A stretch of 64,000 bases of DNA from Octopus sinensis. Taxonomy: Eukaryota. The notes under the pieces are model-generated. The model was not told where the DNA came from, did not search any database, and saw nothing but the letters and a program-made list of their open reading frames with translations. A program made the position numbers and the translations under genes. The stretch covers positions 10,168,001 to 10,232,000 of the forward strand of contig NC_043001.1 in assembly GCF_006345805.1 (NCBI RefSeq). The letters are read 5' to 3'. Positions 37,036 through 50,115 of the stretch are shown here, in pieces. Numbering within the stretch: the stretch's first letter is position 1; each line of letters starts with the position of its first letter.

Positions 37036-38129
37036 GTGTATCTGAATGAGAGCTGAGTGGATACATTGTAAGCAAAATGAAACAAATTGTTATGAATAGA
37101 CCGCATTTTTCATTGTCATTTCCATTTTGGTAGACCATTTAAAATAACCATGTGTTAATTGTTATATGCAGTAATTCTCCTTCCATATTGCACAATAAAG
37201 TTTACAGACATGCAGTTACCAACTAAAAACAAACTTTTTTTAAAATTACAGAATTTGATAATGAAGTTCACTACTGAAAAATATTAGTTTATCTGCTTAA
37301 AATAACGTTTCATAGTTGAATTTTTTTTTTTTAAAGTTGTTTAAAAGCAGCAGCTTTTTGTGTGGATGTTGAAATTTTTCCCCAGATATTATCCATGGAA
37401 TAATTAGGCACACTTGTATTCAGGTGACATAAAACTGTAATATTATCTGATTCTGATATTGAGAATCAGCAAATTTGAAAACTATTTTATTTCTACAGTT
37501 ATATTTATTTCAAAATATATATATTTGAATTTCGGAGATAAAATCAAAAATTCGTTTTTGTTTTTTTTCTTTTTGTTTTGCTTCCATTTTCCAAAGTATT
37601 AATCTCATATTTTGTGTTCCTTTCTTTTTAATTAATGTTTGTATGTGTGACTTTTGCGATTACCTTCGCATGATAGATTTCCAGGTGAGATCACTGGAAA
37701 TCTATCACCAACATCATCCATCTCTCGCTACATGCTAGTATGGTTTTCTTAGGTGATTACAGCCTGTGCATCATTTCGTATTCAGAGTTATAGTTACCAT
37801 AGATGCATAACCATGTATCATTCGACATGGCATCTACTTACCACCTACTCTACACTGTACTGGAGCCATTGCACAAACACTGTATTTGTGAAAAAGATCC
37901 TCCTCGCTTTGAATTCTTTCTAAGCAAAATGAAGATCCTTGAAGACAAATTGGAACCTGAACTTGCCAAAATATCAAGTAGAGCGAAGCTAGTGCTGTCA
38001 TGGCTTTATGGCAGAGCTTGGGTTTATACTGCCTTTATTACTTTATATTCTTGTTATTCAACTTTATTGAACCATTGAATGGGTTCTTATATCTTTATTG
38101 CTGCAGCCAATATTCTTTTCTATTCTAAG

Positions 38130-38330
38130 CACAAAGCCTGAAATTTTAGGGCAGGGGTCAGTCGATTAGATCAACCCTAGTACACAACTGGTACTTAATT
38201 TATCTACCCTGAAAGTCTGAAAGGCAAAGCTGACCTCAACAGAATTTGAACTCAGAATGTAAAGAGAGATGAAATGCCGCTAAGCATTTTCCCCTGGCGT
38301 GCTAACAATTCTGCCAGCTCGCCGCCTTAT
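38130..38330 (-). mobile_element. SINE family B
   Basis: TGAAAGGCAAAGCTGACCTC...TTCTGCCAGCTCGCCGCC. Confidence 0.85.
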
Positions 38331-38923
38331 TGTGGCAGCCAATATTAAGCCAGGCAAAATGCTTGGCAGCATTTCATCTGTCTTCATGTTCTAGGCAACA
38401 CATGCACCTTGTTGATAACTATGCATTAAATGCAAAATATTTTATTGTTTTGTAGATTAGGTAGGCATAATTTGTCCCAGCTTTTCAATCTCAGTATTTA
38501 AGCTACACATAGCACTGCTGTAGTACATGTACTGCATACACTCCTACAACAACGTTTTCTTTATGTACTATAAAGGCAGAAATAGATCTGTCTTCAACTC
38601 AGTCGTGCACCTGTGTTTCACTTATTTTTTGTGCGTTTAACTACCTAAAGGTCACCAAATGCCCACCCTGAGTAATTACCGATGGCACATGACTGATATA
38701 TATAGCATACACTAGATACACACAAACACACACATACATACACAAGTTATATATACATAACATATACATAATATATACATAACTTATATATATATGTATA
38801 TTCTTTGTTAATTTTGTTGCTTGTTTATTCATTGGCAAAAGAACTTTGAATGGTTATTTGCTTATTTGTCGATTGGTCTGCAATATGGTTTTAAATTCTA
38901 TATACCGTTTCAAAAGTCCACTT

Positions 38924-38961
38924 CTATCTGACGACCAGTTGTGTGAAACTTAAAGTAACAG
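38924..38961 (+). ncRNA. Minimal type-I hammerhead ribozyme, slightly decayed
   Basis: CTAT-CTGACGA-CCA-GTTG-TGT-GAA-ACTTAAAGT-A^ACAG: canonical CUGANGA/GAAA core, palindromic stem III, GUA triplet, one mismatch each in stems I and II. Confidence 0.6.
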
Positions 38962-39189
38962 TTTGTGAAGATTTTCAGCTTCCACAAAAAATCCCTCATT
39001 CTGCCACTCCTCTGTTTTGCTTTCTTTCTATCTTTACCCAGACCTACATGTTTTAAACATTCGCAAAGCAATGGAGAAGATATGTGTTTTCGTACACACT
39101 TATATACGTTCTTCTTTTTATCTATCTATTCATATGTTGTATGTGTGTAAATGTTTGTTTGTTTAGTATATTTATTGCCAAATCTGATG

Positions 39190-39225
39190 CCATGATATAT
39201 GTATATATATATTTATGTATGTATG

Positions 39226-39257
<32 letters not shown>

Positions 39258-39259
39258 TG

Positions 39260-39311
<52 letters not shown>

Positions 39312-39326
39312 GTATGTATATATATG

Positions 39327-39365
<39 letters not shown>

Positions 39366-39565
39366 GTATATATATGTATGTATATATGTATGTATGTATA
39401 TATGTATGTATGTATGTATATATGTATGTATGTATATGTATGTATGTATGTATATATGTATGTATGTATATGTATGTATGTATGTATATGTATGTATGTA
39501 TATATATATATGTGTGTGTGTGTATGTGTGTGTATATGTATGTGTGTGTGTGTGTATATGTATGT

Positions 39566-39609
<44 letters not shown>

Positions 39610-39610
39610 A
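39190..39610. repeat. (TATG)/(TA)/(TG) compound microsatellite
   Basis: Seen directly. It explains the long MYVC-type ORFs. Confidence 0.97.
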
Positions 39611-40158
39611 AAAGGCTCAGCTTGTGTTTAATCTTACTAAAAAGCTTGTGACTTTAAGTATATCAAGCCTGAGAAAATCTAATCGGATTTGTTCTGCTCT
39701 GAATGCCAGCTTTACATGATATTTGAAGGGCTGTAACTTCAGAATTACTTTTCTCCAACACAAGATATATAAGAAAAAACTAATTAAAAAAGCAGTAGAG
39801 GCAGGGTAAACTTGGTATTCAACTTAATGTGGAGGTTGTGTTAGAAATAGAATACTGCACTGTTTACCTAGAGAGGGTCTCCCCTAAGGACACATGGTGC
39901 ATAAAAGAACACATAATTATATTGTTGACAGATGAGAATTGTCTTCTAAGGCTGACAGAATTGCCAGATCACACGTTTTCACCCTGCAGTGGGTTCCTCA
40001 GTGACAGATATCCAGCAGTAAAATAACAGACGAATCTCCTGTCAACAATATATAGAATCTCTGTCTGTTGGGGCACTGGTGTTGCAAATAAGCCAGTGGG
40101 ATTATTAAAAATATAATAGTCGTAGAAGCAGTAATAATACCATATATTCATACTATAT

Positions 40159-40560
40159 CATCATCATTTAACATCCGCTTTCCATGCTAGCATGGGTTGG
40201 ACGGTTCAACTGGGGTCTGGGGAGCCCGAAGGCTGCACCAGTCCAGTCAGATCTGGCAGTGTTTCTACAGCTGGATGCCCTTCCTAACGCCAACCACTCC
40301 GAGAGTGTAGTGGGTGATTTTATGTGCCACCGACACAGGTGCCAGACGAGGCTGGCAGACGGCCATGCTCGGATGGTGTTTTTATGTGCCACCGACACAG
40401 GTGCCAGATGAGGCTGGCAAACGGCCACGATCGGATGGTGTTTGTTACGTGCCCACAGCACGGAGGCCAGTCGATGCGGTACTGGCTACGGCCACGTTCG
40501 GATGGTTTTCTTGTGTGCCACGTGCCACCGGCACTGGTACCACAAAGATACAAATTCCAT
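40159..40560 (-). mobile_element. SINE family C, long variant with internal GTGCCACCG repeats
   Basis: Family C body plus three related ...GATGGTG(T/C)TTTT(A/T)TGTGCCAC units. Confidence 0.88.
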
Positions 40561-40943
40561 TGATGTTCATCTATTTTGATTTGTTTTGATTTGATTTTTT
40601 TATATATGTATAAATTTTTTTTTCTTGTGAAAATGATGTTTATTCCATTAATATTTATTCCACTCACTAATTTCCATCAGTAGCATCCTTAATCAGTTAA
40701 ATCTGTTGTCCACAGGATTAAATACTGAGCATTTTGTCAAAGACATTTGTTGAATAAGTTATATACAACTAGAAATCACGGAAATTATTTTTGCTGGGAG
40801 TTTACAACCTATGCAACTGCATTTGTCTTTTAAATAAACTTATGAGTGTGAATTCTGTGTGTGTAATATATAAAAATACATAAAAAATTTCGATTTTGGA
40901 TTTGGTTTGCAAGATTCTTTATATGAGTTCGTGTGTTGAAGCA

Positions 40944-41165
40944 TATTCTGTTGTGTCTTGGGAGAGTCATTTTCTTTTTGTGCCTTATAATGTAACATAC
41001 TCACCGGTAAAATTTCCAAGTTTTTCTTATTTTCATTTTCCTAAAATTTTCGTTGCGTCTTATTTTATGAAAATAAAAATAAGAAAAATGTGGAAATTTT
41101 ACCGGTGAGTGTGTTACATAATAAGGCACAAAAAGAAAATGACTCTCCCCAGACACAACAGAATA
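40944..41165. mobile_element. Fold-back (hairpin) MITE-like element with arms of about 105 bp
   Basis: TATTCTGTTGTGTC...CACCGGTAAAATTTCCA... is inverted to ...TGGAAATTTTACCGGTG...GACACAACAGAATA, with a loop of about 14 nt. Confidence 0.85.
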
Positions 41166-42956
41166 CATAAAAATCATTTTATAGTAAAGAAAATAACCTC
41201 CACTAACTACTATCAGCACTGGTTATGTGTTTGTAATTATAAAATAATGTATACTGCCACTGTTTTATACCGTTTTATACCAAAAAAATGTGCTTATTGA
41301 CTTGAACAATCATCTTTCGGGAGGTTTTCTATTATCTGCACGAATTATTAAGCTTAAAACAGCCAATTATGCAACAGTTAATCCCATGTTTGAATTTTTT
41401 TTAATGAATTTTCATTTCTTGCTTAGCTTTAATTAGAAGTATTTTTTCCATGCTTCCATTTTTGGGCTTCCTGAAAGATTGAAAGTTCTCTAAAAGTCTT
41501 AGGATCTTGAGCTCCTGTTTTTTTTCATTTTTATCACATTTTTATAGCATTTTCCAAGTGCAGTCTTGTCTACTGTGGCACTAAGTCACCTATCAAAAGT
41601 AATACTTTCATTCCTACCTGTATCATATTGTTTCTGAATTACTAACCCCCTAAACCATTTGCATTTCCTGTGGTTTATAAAAGTTTATGTATCCTGTATT
41701 TTTTTCTTTCAAACCCCTTTTTTTCATTTTAATGCCTGGATGATTTTCTTGTTGCTAATCACTTTACAACATAGACTTTGTGCATTATGTGTGCCTGTTG
41801 CATTTTACACACAGCTTGAGACCCTTTCTCAGCTATTCACTGGAAATTACAAACTTTTGGCACCTTCCAGCAGTATTGCTTCCTCCAGCTGAGTAACATT
41901 GACCGGCCCAGGGAATGCTGTTCTTTTGGCCCACATTATAGCATGCTTTATGCACATACACACACATACATCTGTATATTTATGTATGGATATCTACGTA
42001 TACATATATATAAGTGTGTAAATATTTGAGTGTGTGTATACATATATGTAATATGCATCTATACTAATATAAAGATTATATAAATGTATATGAAAATAGA
42101 GGCTATAATTTATCGAAAAATTGCAAAATATTTTAAAAGTCTGCAGTTTCAGTGTAATTAATCCATAATTATCCCTAATTAGCCAAGCTATTTAATGAAT
42201 TTTCATTATGCCAAAGGGATATGGCTATTGGAGAATGAAGATTATATACAGAATGTAATTCATAAAGCAGATGAACTTTGGATACATTCATTTATATATT
42301 TCTCCAGTATTGAAGAACATTCATAAAAAAAGATTGAGGTGGAAAAGAGGGGAAAATGTGTTTTTCCATTTGTTTATTTTGAATACCTTGTTCGTATTCA
42401 GCAATGGAGAATTTCTATTGAAATTTTGTAAAACTGAAATATAATCCATCAAAATAATTAACCTTTCGGGGGGAAACCTTTTTACAATCTAAGTCAAGAT
42501 ATTTTGAAATATCAATATTAATATTTGTGTATGTGTGTGTATGTGCAATATACCACCAGTTTTTGTGTGATATTAATTTGCAATGCTGGAAAAGCTTTCT
42601 CAGTTCGCTTTCACATATATTTCAAACAATTTTTCTCCCTATGATGGTTTTGTTGTCATCTTTCTGATGGTAAATATAGGGAATAACTTCCCTGTCTTCA
42701 TAATCTCTACCTAAATTCTTTACTCCTCTTATCTGGGATTTTTAGCTAGATTTAATCTCATTTCTGTAAACATGGTAGTTTGAATAATTTGCATTTATGA
42801 AATAGGATTTCAGTTAACAGCTTAGTGCATAGTTTGGTTAAGTCACCTTCTACGAGGCACCAGTATACTTACAACCACCTACCGGGATTTGCTACAACCT
42901 GTTTACATAATTTTCTGGAAATCAGTTTGTTTTTTTCTTCTTATGTTTAAATGCAG

Positions 42957-42981
42957 TTCGGTGGAAAGCACCTAAACATCT
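42957..42981 (+). CDS. Candidate 25-nt exon (VRWKAPKHL or FGGKHLNI), unidentified
   Basis: Long pyrimidine tract ending atgcAG, donor TCT|GTATGT. Confidence 0.2.
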
Positions 42982-43119
42982 GTATGTGTATACATTTAGA
43001 ATTTTGATCGAAAGGGAAAAATCCTTAGTATAGATGTAGTACAATTCTTCTTCTTCTTTGCTTCTTTTTCTTCTTCTTCTTCTTCTTGTGGTGAGACTTG
43101 GGCCTTAAATACAACGAAG

Positions 43120-43380
43120 AATGGTAACACAGCAGTCAAAAAATCGTAAAAAATAGGGATTTTCATAGACAAAAAGCACCTTTTTGTTGTAAATAATTTT
43201 TGGTGTTAACATGGTACGATTTGAATTCTTTCTTCTACAAAATGAAGAGCAAGCTTTCTTCTATTATACTCTCAATTTTGGTCAGCTTGCTCCCCAAGGT
43301 CTCGGAGGAGATAGTGTTAGTTGAAGGCTACCAGACCTGCCATACACAGACAACTTCAGCTTTATATATATATATATATA
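43120..43380 (+). mobile_element. Helentron/DINE-1-like element, 5'-truncated
   Basis: Near-identical to 53060-53317 and ends CAGCTTTATATATAT. Confidence 0.65.
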
Positions 43381-43439
43381 TGTGAAATACATTGTAGGCA
43401 ACATATACATGAAATATGATATGAAAGTGTAATGAAACC

Positions 43440-43690
43440 TGGGTATTGGATGTTGATCTTCAGAAAAGATTAACTTGGCTGGATCCATTTGATGTGAAGC
43501 ATTAACCAACATGAAAGGCAGAGTGAGAGTCAACATGACAGCTTTACAACATTAACAGCATCAATTGTGTATAGGAGAAATAACATGACTGGTATGGACA
43601 TGTTATAAGAATGGATAATGGATACTAGGTGAGACCTAGTGTAGGCACAAGGAAGAACAATATGCAGAGATAAGTGGTGAGGTTAGTCAC
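43440..43690 (+). mobile_element. RTE LINE 3' ORF relic
   Basis: WYGHVIRMD at 43590-43616, the RTE R.RW.GHV.RM motif. Confidence 0.7.
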
Positions 43691-43700
43691 ATTTTAGAAA

Positions 43701-43927
43701 AGGCGGCGGAGCTGGCAGAAGCGTTAACTCGTCGGGTGAAATGCTTAGCGGTATTTCGTCTGCCGTTACATTCTGAGTTCAAATTCCGCCGAGGTTGATT
43801 TTGCCTTTCATCCTTACGGGGTCGATTAAATAAGTACCAGTTATGCACTGGGATCGATGTAATCGACTTAATCCCTTTGTTTGTCCTCTCTGTGTGTAGC
43901 TCCTTGTGGGGCAGTAAAGAAATAAGA
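43701..43927 (+). mobile_element. SINE family B
   Basis: Full head to the GAAATAAG end. Confidence 0.92.
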
Positions 43928-44044
43928 TTTTAGAAACGCTTAATGTCTTATGTGCGACAGCAAAAGATGATGTGTGGTGATAACCTTTTATAACTGATCA
44001 GTCTAATTATTGCTATCAATGAGAAGCAGACAAAATTATAAAAC

Positions 44045-44422
44045 ACTAGCAGTATCGCCCGGCATTGCTCGGGTTTGTAAGGGAAATAACTATATAAGCA
44101 TTTTTAGAGAGTTATAGCCAAAAAATGCATTAAAAATGGGAAAAAAATGATGGTAATTTTTTTTTTAAATCGTTGACTCATCGTAGACATTTTTAGAGAG
44201 TTACTTCCCTTATATAATAGCGAAAAAATGCATTAAAATGGGAAAAAATGATGGTAATTTTTTTTTTAAATCGTAGACGCGCGCTAATACCCAGAAGGGC
44301 TCGATATGAATCACAACTATAAGATACCCGGTTTTGGTTAAACTGCACCGCAAAATGTGGGAGTAGTTAGGAATCTAAATCGTAGGAGACAGACACACAA
44401 CTTCACTTTTATATATAAAGAT
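44045..44422 (+). mobile_element. Helentron/DINE-1-like non-autonomous element
   Basis: 5' ACTAGC plus hairpin CCCGGCATTGCTCGGG, an internal duplication of about 85 bp, and a 3' CTTTTATATATAAAGAT end. No TIRs or TSD. Confidence 0.7.
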
Positions 44423-45699
44423 AACGCTTTAGTATTATGTTTTATAATTTCTGTAAACATTACCATCATTTTAAATTACAGGGTGTTGGGTTAAACTTTT
44501 TTATGGACGCATGTACAAAGAGTTGTATTTCTTAGTTATTTCATGACAGACGCTCTTTGAATTTAGTGTAATGGTCACATGATTTTCTTAAATGTACCTC
44601 TTGATAACTGGCTGATACATAAAATTATATTTTGATTTTGTTAACTTAACTTAACTTGTCTGGAGTTATCTATTTTTCTTTGCTTTTGTACAATGTACAA
44701 TAGGCTATTCACTACAAGATTATAGCTATTTATTGTTTTAATTTCATTGCCCGATTTCTGTAAAAACAAATCTTTTTGAAGAAAGATTATGGTTTCCCAT
44801 GAAATGTTCATGGATTATTATTTTCGAATGTCGTTTTCGATATATTTTCTTTTCTTGTGCTCATGTTGTTTTCATTCTCACACTATATTTTAGAGTTCTA
44901 GTGACATAAGACGTTGGATGGAAAATATTTATTTGAATTATATGCTGAAATTCAACATTCAATCTAAGCTGAAATATGATGCCAAAATCCTTCTCAGTTA
45001 TTTAAGTAGAAGACTGTCTACTTTTCGTTTATCTTCTGGTTGCTTAGAGTATCTTTCATTGAATTTGTAAACTGGTTCAATGGTATTTTCTATTGATATT
45101 AGCTTAAATGGTACATATAAAGACAGGGATGGGGGAGAGATTGTAATGATTATTGGGAATAGAAACCATTGGCTTGTAACAAGTCTTGTAGGTAATAGAT
45201 TGTTGAAGTTAACATCACAAATTGAAATCGATTTAGTAATGCAGTTTTTGTAGAAAATCTCTTTGAGATTATTCTGCCTCCATTGAATCAGTGCAAAAGT
45301 AACTTTGCTATTGAAGATTATGACCTTATCATTATCCTTGTACATATGCTGGGCTGCTCTAATGTTGCATTCACGTATACCTGACTTTCTTGGTACCCAT
45401 TAAACAAGAAAGCATGAGACCCTACATCGGCCTTTTCATATTGTCGACAAATGTAAAATAAAGTTGTTGGTTACCGAGGATTTCATTTGCTCTTTTTGCT
45501 TGCAATATGACAAGATGGAAATAAATAGGAACGTTTCTGTGGTTACGCAGCAAGTAACAACATAGCAAAAGAGAAGGACAAGCTGAGTTAACTTTTTGGA
45601 GTTCAATCCAGTTATCAGAACAAGAACAACATTGCTATTGAAATAACAATTGTAAACAATGTTTTGAATGCAACGGAAGAAAGTAAAGTTGTTTTATAT

Positions 45700-46080
45700 A
45701 CAGGAGTGGCTATGTGGTAAGTAGCTTGTTTACCAACCACATGGTTCCGGGTTCAGTCCCACTGCATGGCATCTTGGGCAAGTGTCTTCTGCTATAGCCC
45801 CGGGCCGACCAATGCCTTCTGATTGGATTTGGTAGACGGAAACTGAAAGAAGCCTGTCGTATATATGTATATAAGTGTGTGTATATGTTTGTCCCCCTAG
45901 CATTGCTTGACCACCGATGCTGGTGTGTTTACGTCCCTGTCACTTAGCGGTTCGGCAAAAGAGACCGATAGAATAAGTACTGGGCTTACAAAGAATAAGT
46001 CCCGGGGTCGATCTGCTCAACTAAAGGCGGTGCTCCAGCATGGCCGCAGTCAAATGACTGAAACAAGTAAAAAAAAAAAA
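45700..46080 (+). mobile_element. SINE family A, full length
   Basis: Same structure as the other family A copies. Confidence 0.93.
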
Positions 46081-47289
46081 AGTAAACTATATTGAAGAGA
46101 AATACAAATGACATTGAGGTAAAATTCAGTAGATTTTTAATTAATAACGAAGCCAAGAAGACTGGAGAGTTTAAGAAAGGAGAGAGACATTGTGTCCCTA
46201 AAAAAAAAAAGAGCAAAGGAAAGAATGGCATGGGGGTGGGTATGTGAATTCAGTCAGTGGAGTGAAAGAAATGTGAATAGCATTTGAACTATTTTACATC
46301 TGATTCTCTCTCCTCACCCCATCTGAAATGTTTCCATCTATGTTTGTACTGTGTAATACAGAAGTTGGTCTGAAAGGAATAACATTGGCCACTGTTCAAA
46401 ATCTCTAGAAGGTCAGAGTCAGAGACTCATTGTACCATGTATGATTTTGCTTGTTTATATAAGGAGCCTTTTAAGGTCAATGTCACTTATTCAGTGAGTC
46501 ATGAACTAATAATCTTTCAAAACATCTCAAGTGCCAAAATCTGGAATTTTTACCAAGTAGTTCACAATTCTTATAATTTCAAAAAAAAAAAAAAAAAAAA
46601 AAATTAGTGTGTATTTTTGTGCGTAGTATCAACTTTTGGATTTCAAACAGAAAGGCCGAGATAGCCCTGAATAGGTGGTATTAAAGAATGAGAATTAAGT
46701 AAATGTCATCTATTAGGTGGTGGCCAATAAAACATAACTGGAAAGACTTTGTTTAAAAATTTTAGGTGGCAAACCTTGCTTGAAGAATTAATAGAAAACT
46801 TGACAGGCATGTAATGAAATATATGCCAACTATTAAGTTCAGCTATTCAACATATGGAAATATACGAAGACAAGCATCAGATATATATCTCTCTCTTTGT
46901 TACAATACCTTCATTTGTAATTTTCTCTCCCTTTCTCTTAGACTTTTTCTCAGCATTCGCTTCTTATCTATTTCCACACTCAACACTTACCCTTTTTGTT
47001 ACACTTACCCTTTTTGTTACACTGTTTTTATTGCTTTCCATTTATTTCCCATTACACCTTGCATCTTCCTGTATTTTTTATTTTATGTATTTGTTGTATT
47101 TTCTTTTTTTTATTCGAGTTGTCCTTGCTGTCCATTCTGTTCTTATATTTTTCTATGAAAATATTCAATATAACCTTCTTTATATTAACATTAATGATGT
47201 ACGGTCCTGCTTTATGTATGACTATTTGTATCTATTATACGATTTGCCATTATACATACATATGCATGCATGCATATGTACACCTGTGC

Positions 47290-47470
47290 ACACACACACA
47301 AACACACACAAACACAAACACACACACGCACACACACAAACACACAGACAAACACACACTAACACACACACACCAAACACAAACACATGCAAACACACAC
47401 ACGCAAACAGACACACGCAAACACACACACACACACACACAAACATATATACACACATTACACACACAAA
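47290..47470. repeat. (CA)n-rich degenerate microsatellite
   Basis: Seen directly. It explains the THTH tails of the ORFs at 46854-47571. Confidence 0.96.
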
Positions 47471-48544
47471 TTGTGTTTTTAGTTATGAGTTTTCAATACA
47501 TCTTAATAATAGTCATTACTTTTGCTTGTTTTTATAATTTCTTCGTTTTTTTTTTGCATTTCCATTCTTGAGAATGTGGAGAAAAACACCTTCATTGTCC
47601 TCAGACATGGTTTCTTAAGAGTGTCGTGTAGATACAATTTGCTTCATATCTTATATAATTCAACTTGGGATTAATTCAGTCAGCAGTGAGACTTGATAAA
47701 AATACGGACTGGAAGTAAGATGCTTATAAATGTGATAATTGACTATTGCCACCTGTAAAACTAAATTGTGCTAGCCAACAAAAGGTATCTGAATTTTTTT
47801 CAGGATTCTGTAGTTTACTGAGGGACTTGACATATATTCATTAAGTTAAATGATGCCATACAATGTTATTAATCATTAATTGTTTGTTCATTTAACACTT
47901 GTTTACACATTCTAACATAGCTTATACAAGGGTGGGGAAGGATTTAAAGCTTAATATCTACGCCTGGATTCTCTTCGTGTCAGTGACACCCACCTGCTTT
48001 TTTCAGAATTTGAAATTGCGGAGCTTTAGAATTAGGGTGGGGGAGATCTATGGCATGAGATGTTCCAGATTGCAGGGTAATATGAATGGTCTGTTTAGTT
48101 TAGCGAGTTGTATGGTGACTTCAATAATGCTGGTCCCATGGGAATAAAAAAGCACCCTGTGCACTCAGTAAAGTAGTTGGTGTCACTAAGTGCATCTAAC
48201 TATAGAAATCTTACCAAAGCAGATATTGGAGCTCGATGCAGTTTTCAGACCTGATGGATCCTATCAGACCTTCCAATCCATACCAGCATCAAAGATGGAT
48301 ACATGAATGCTAAACCGGATTTTATACACACACACAGGGGCGTATGTATTTGTAGAATTTTATGTATATGTGTATGCATTTTAAATGTATGCATATGCAC
48401 ACAATTAGATGTTTCAATATGATGAGGTGAAAAACTATACGTTCTAACAAGAATACTTTATGCAACTGCTGTCTGGCTGAATTACATGATTGAATTATTG
48501 TTTCTCACACTAATGTTTATTTCCAGCTTCCTATGTTAGAAAGA

Positions 48545-48680
48545 CCAGCTGTAGAAACACTGCCAGATCAGACTGGAGCCTGGAGCAGCCCCTGGCTCCC
48601 CAGACCCCGGTCGAACCATCCAACCCTAGCTAGCGCAGAAAACGGACGTTAAACGATGATGATGATGATGATGATGATGA
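48545..48680 (+). mobile_element. SINE family C, 5'-truncated
   Basis: CCAGCTGTAGAAACACTGCC...(GAT)n. Confidence 0.88.
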
Positions 48681-49023
48681 ACCCCAAAATATGTGAAATA
48701 ATAGATGTCCTTCATACTCAGGCACTTAGCTTTCAACAACTTGTTGACAGACTGTCAACATGTTTAGAGAAACATGCACCCAAAGACAGATTACAAACAC
48801 GTTCGTTCTTTTGAGTATTTCCCTGTGGCAAGGTAGTGCATTTCAATAGTTCTGTAATGGACGGAATGGAATCTGGTGCCATTCAGTGATGTCATTGTCA
48901 CTGTTCTACATTTACTGTCAAGTTTGCTGCAGCTCTTTGATGTCGTAGTTGCAATTAATTCTTTGATATACTTACATACAAAAACGCCCATACACACACA
49001 CATACACTCATACACATATGTAT

Positions 49024-49226
49024 CTCTTTACTCTTTACTCTTTTACTTGTTTCAGTCATTTGACTGCGGCCATGCTGGAGCACCGCCTATAATCGAGCAA
49101 CTTATTCTTTTGTAAGCCCAGTACTTATACTATCGGTCTCTTTTGCCGAACCGCTAAGTAACGGGGACGTAAACACACCAGCATCGGTTGTCAAGCAATG
49201 CTAGGGGGACAAACACAGACACACAA

Positions 49227-49274
<48 letters not shown>

Positions 49275-49435
49275 GATGGGCTTCTTTCAGTTTCCGTCTA
49301 CCAAATCCACTCACAAGGCTTTGGTCGGCCCGAGGCTATAGTAGAAGACACTTGCCCAAGGTGCTATGCAGTGGGACTGAACTTGGAACCATGTGGTTGG
49401 TAAGCAAGCTACTTACTACACAGCCACTCCTGCGC
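49024..49435 (-). mobile_element. SINE family A, full length
   Basis: Same structure as the other family A copies. Confidence 0.93.
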
Positions 49436-49740
49436 ATAAAAAATATATGCATACTCATATACATACAGATGCATTTTTACACACATTCATTAATTTGTTT
49501 GACTGCAGAATTTGTTTCCCACGCTAAAGTTGACTGTGGAATTAGTACATCCAGTGATTTTAACTGCAGTCATGAATTATTGATGAGTCTATATATCATG
49601 AGTTAAAGCAACTTCTTCTATTGTACATGGTCAAATTGTATAAAGATGACTGGAATTTGCATTTATCTTATGTTTCTCAAATTAAATTTATGAATGTGGT
49701 AACAGCTAAAAATTTAGGGTATACTCCACATAAAATTTTT

Positions 49741-50115
49741 ATAGGCGTGGTTGTGTGGTAAGAAGCTTGCTTCCCAACCACATGGTTCCGGGTTCAGTCC
49801 CACTGCATGGCACCTTGGGCAAGTGTCTTCTGCTATAGCCTCAGGCCAGCCAAAGCCTTGTCAGTGGATTTGTTAAGCAGAAACTGAAAGAAGCCCATCA
49901 TATATATATATATATATATATATAGTTGGAATTTACAAAAAATAAACAAAATAAAAGATGAAGACGGGTGTGTAAGTAACAAACAGATGTATTAGTTTAA
50001 AGCTCATGAAGTGAGAAAATCTTTTACATTTCAAACCTACGCTCTTCAACAGAAAGGAACATAGAAATAAACAGGGGGAGAAATAAAAAAAGGGTTTTGT
50101 GGCTAGTGATCAGTC

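Noticed and set aside
36535-37056. 173-aa ORF and similar ORFs containing SFDCGHAGAPP, MTTDAGVFT or AVFLQLDALPNANHS
   Set aside because: They are translations of SINE families A and C and recur at every copy.
37803-38078. 91-aa protein-like ORF (and an open minus frame ending at a GTAAGT donor)
   Set aside because: No recognisable domain, conflicting strand signals and no supported neighbours. It is left uncalled.
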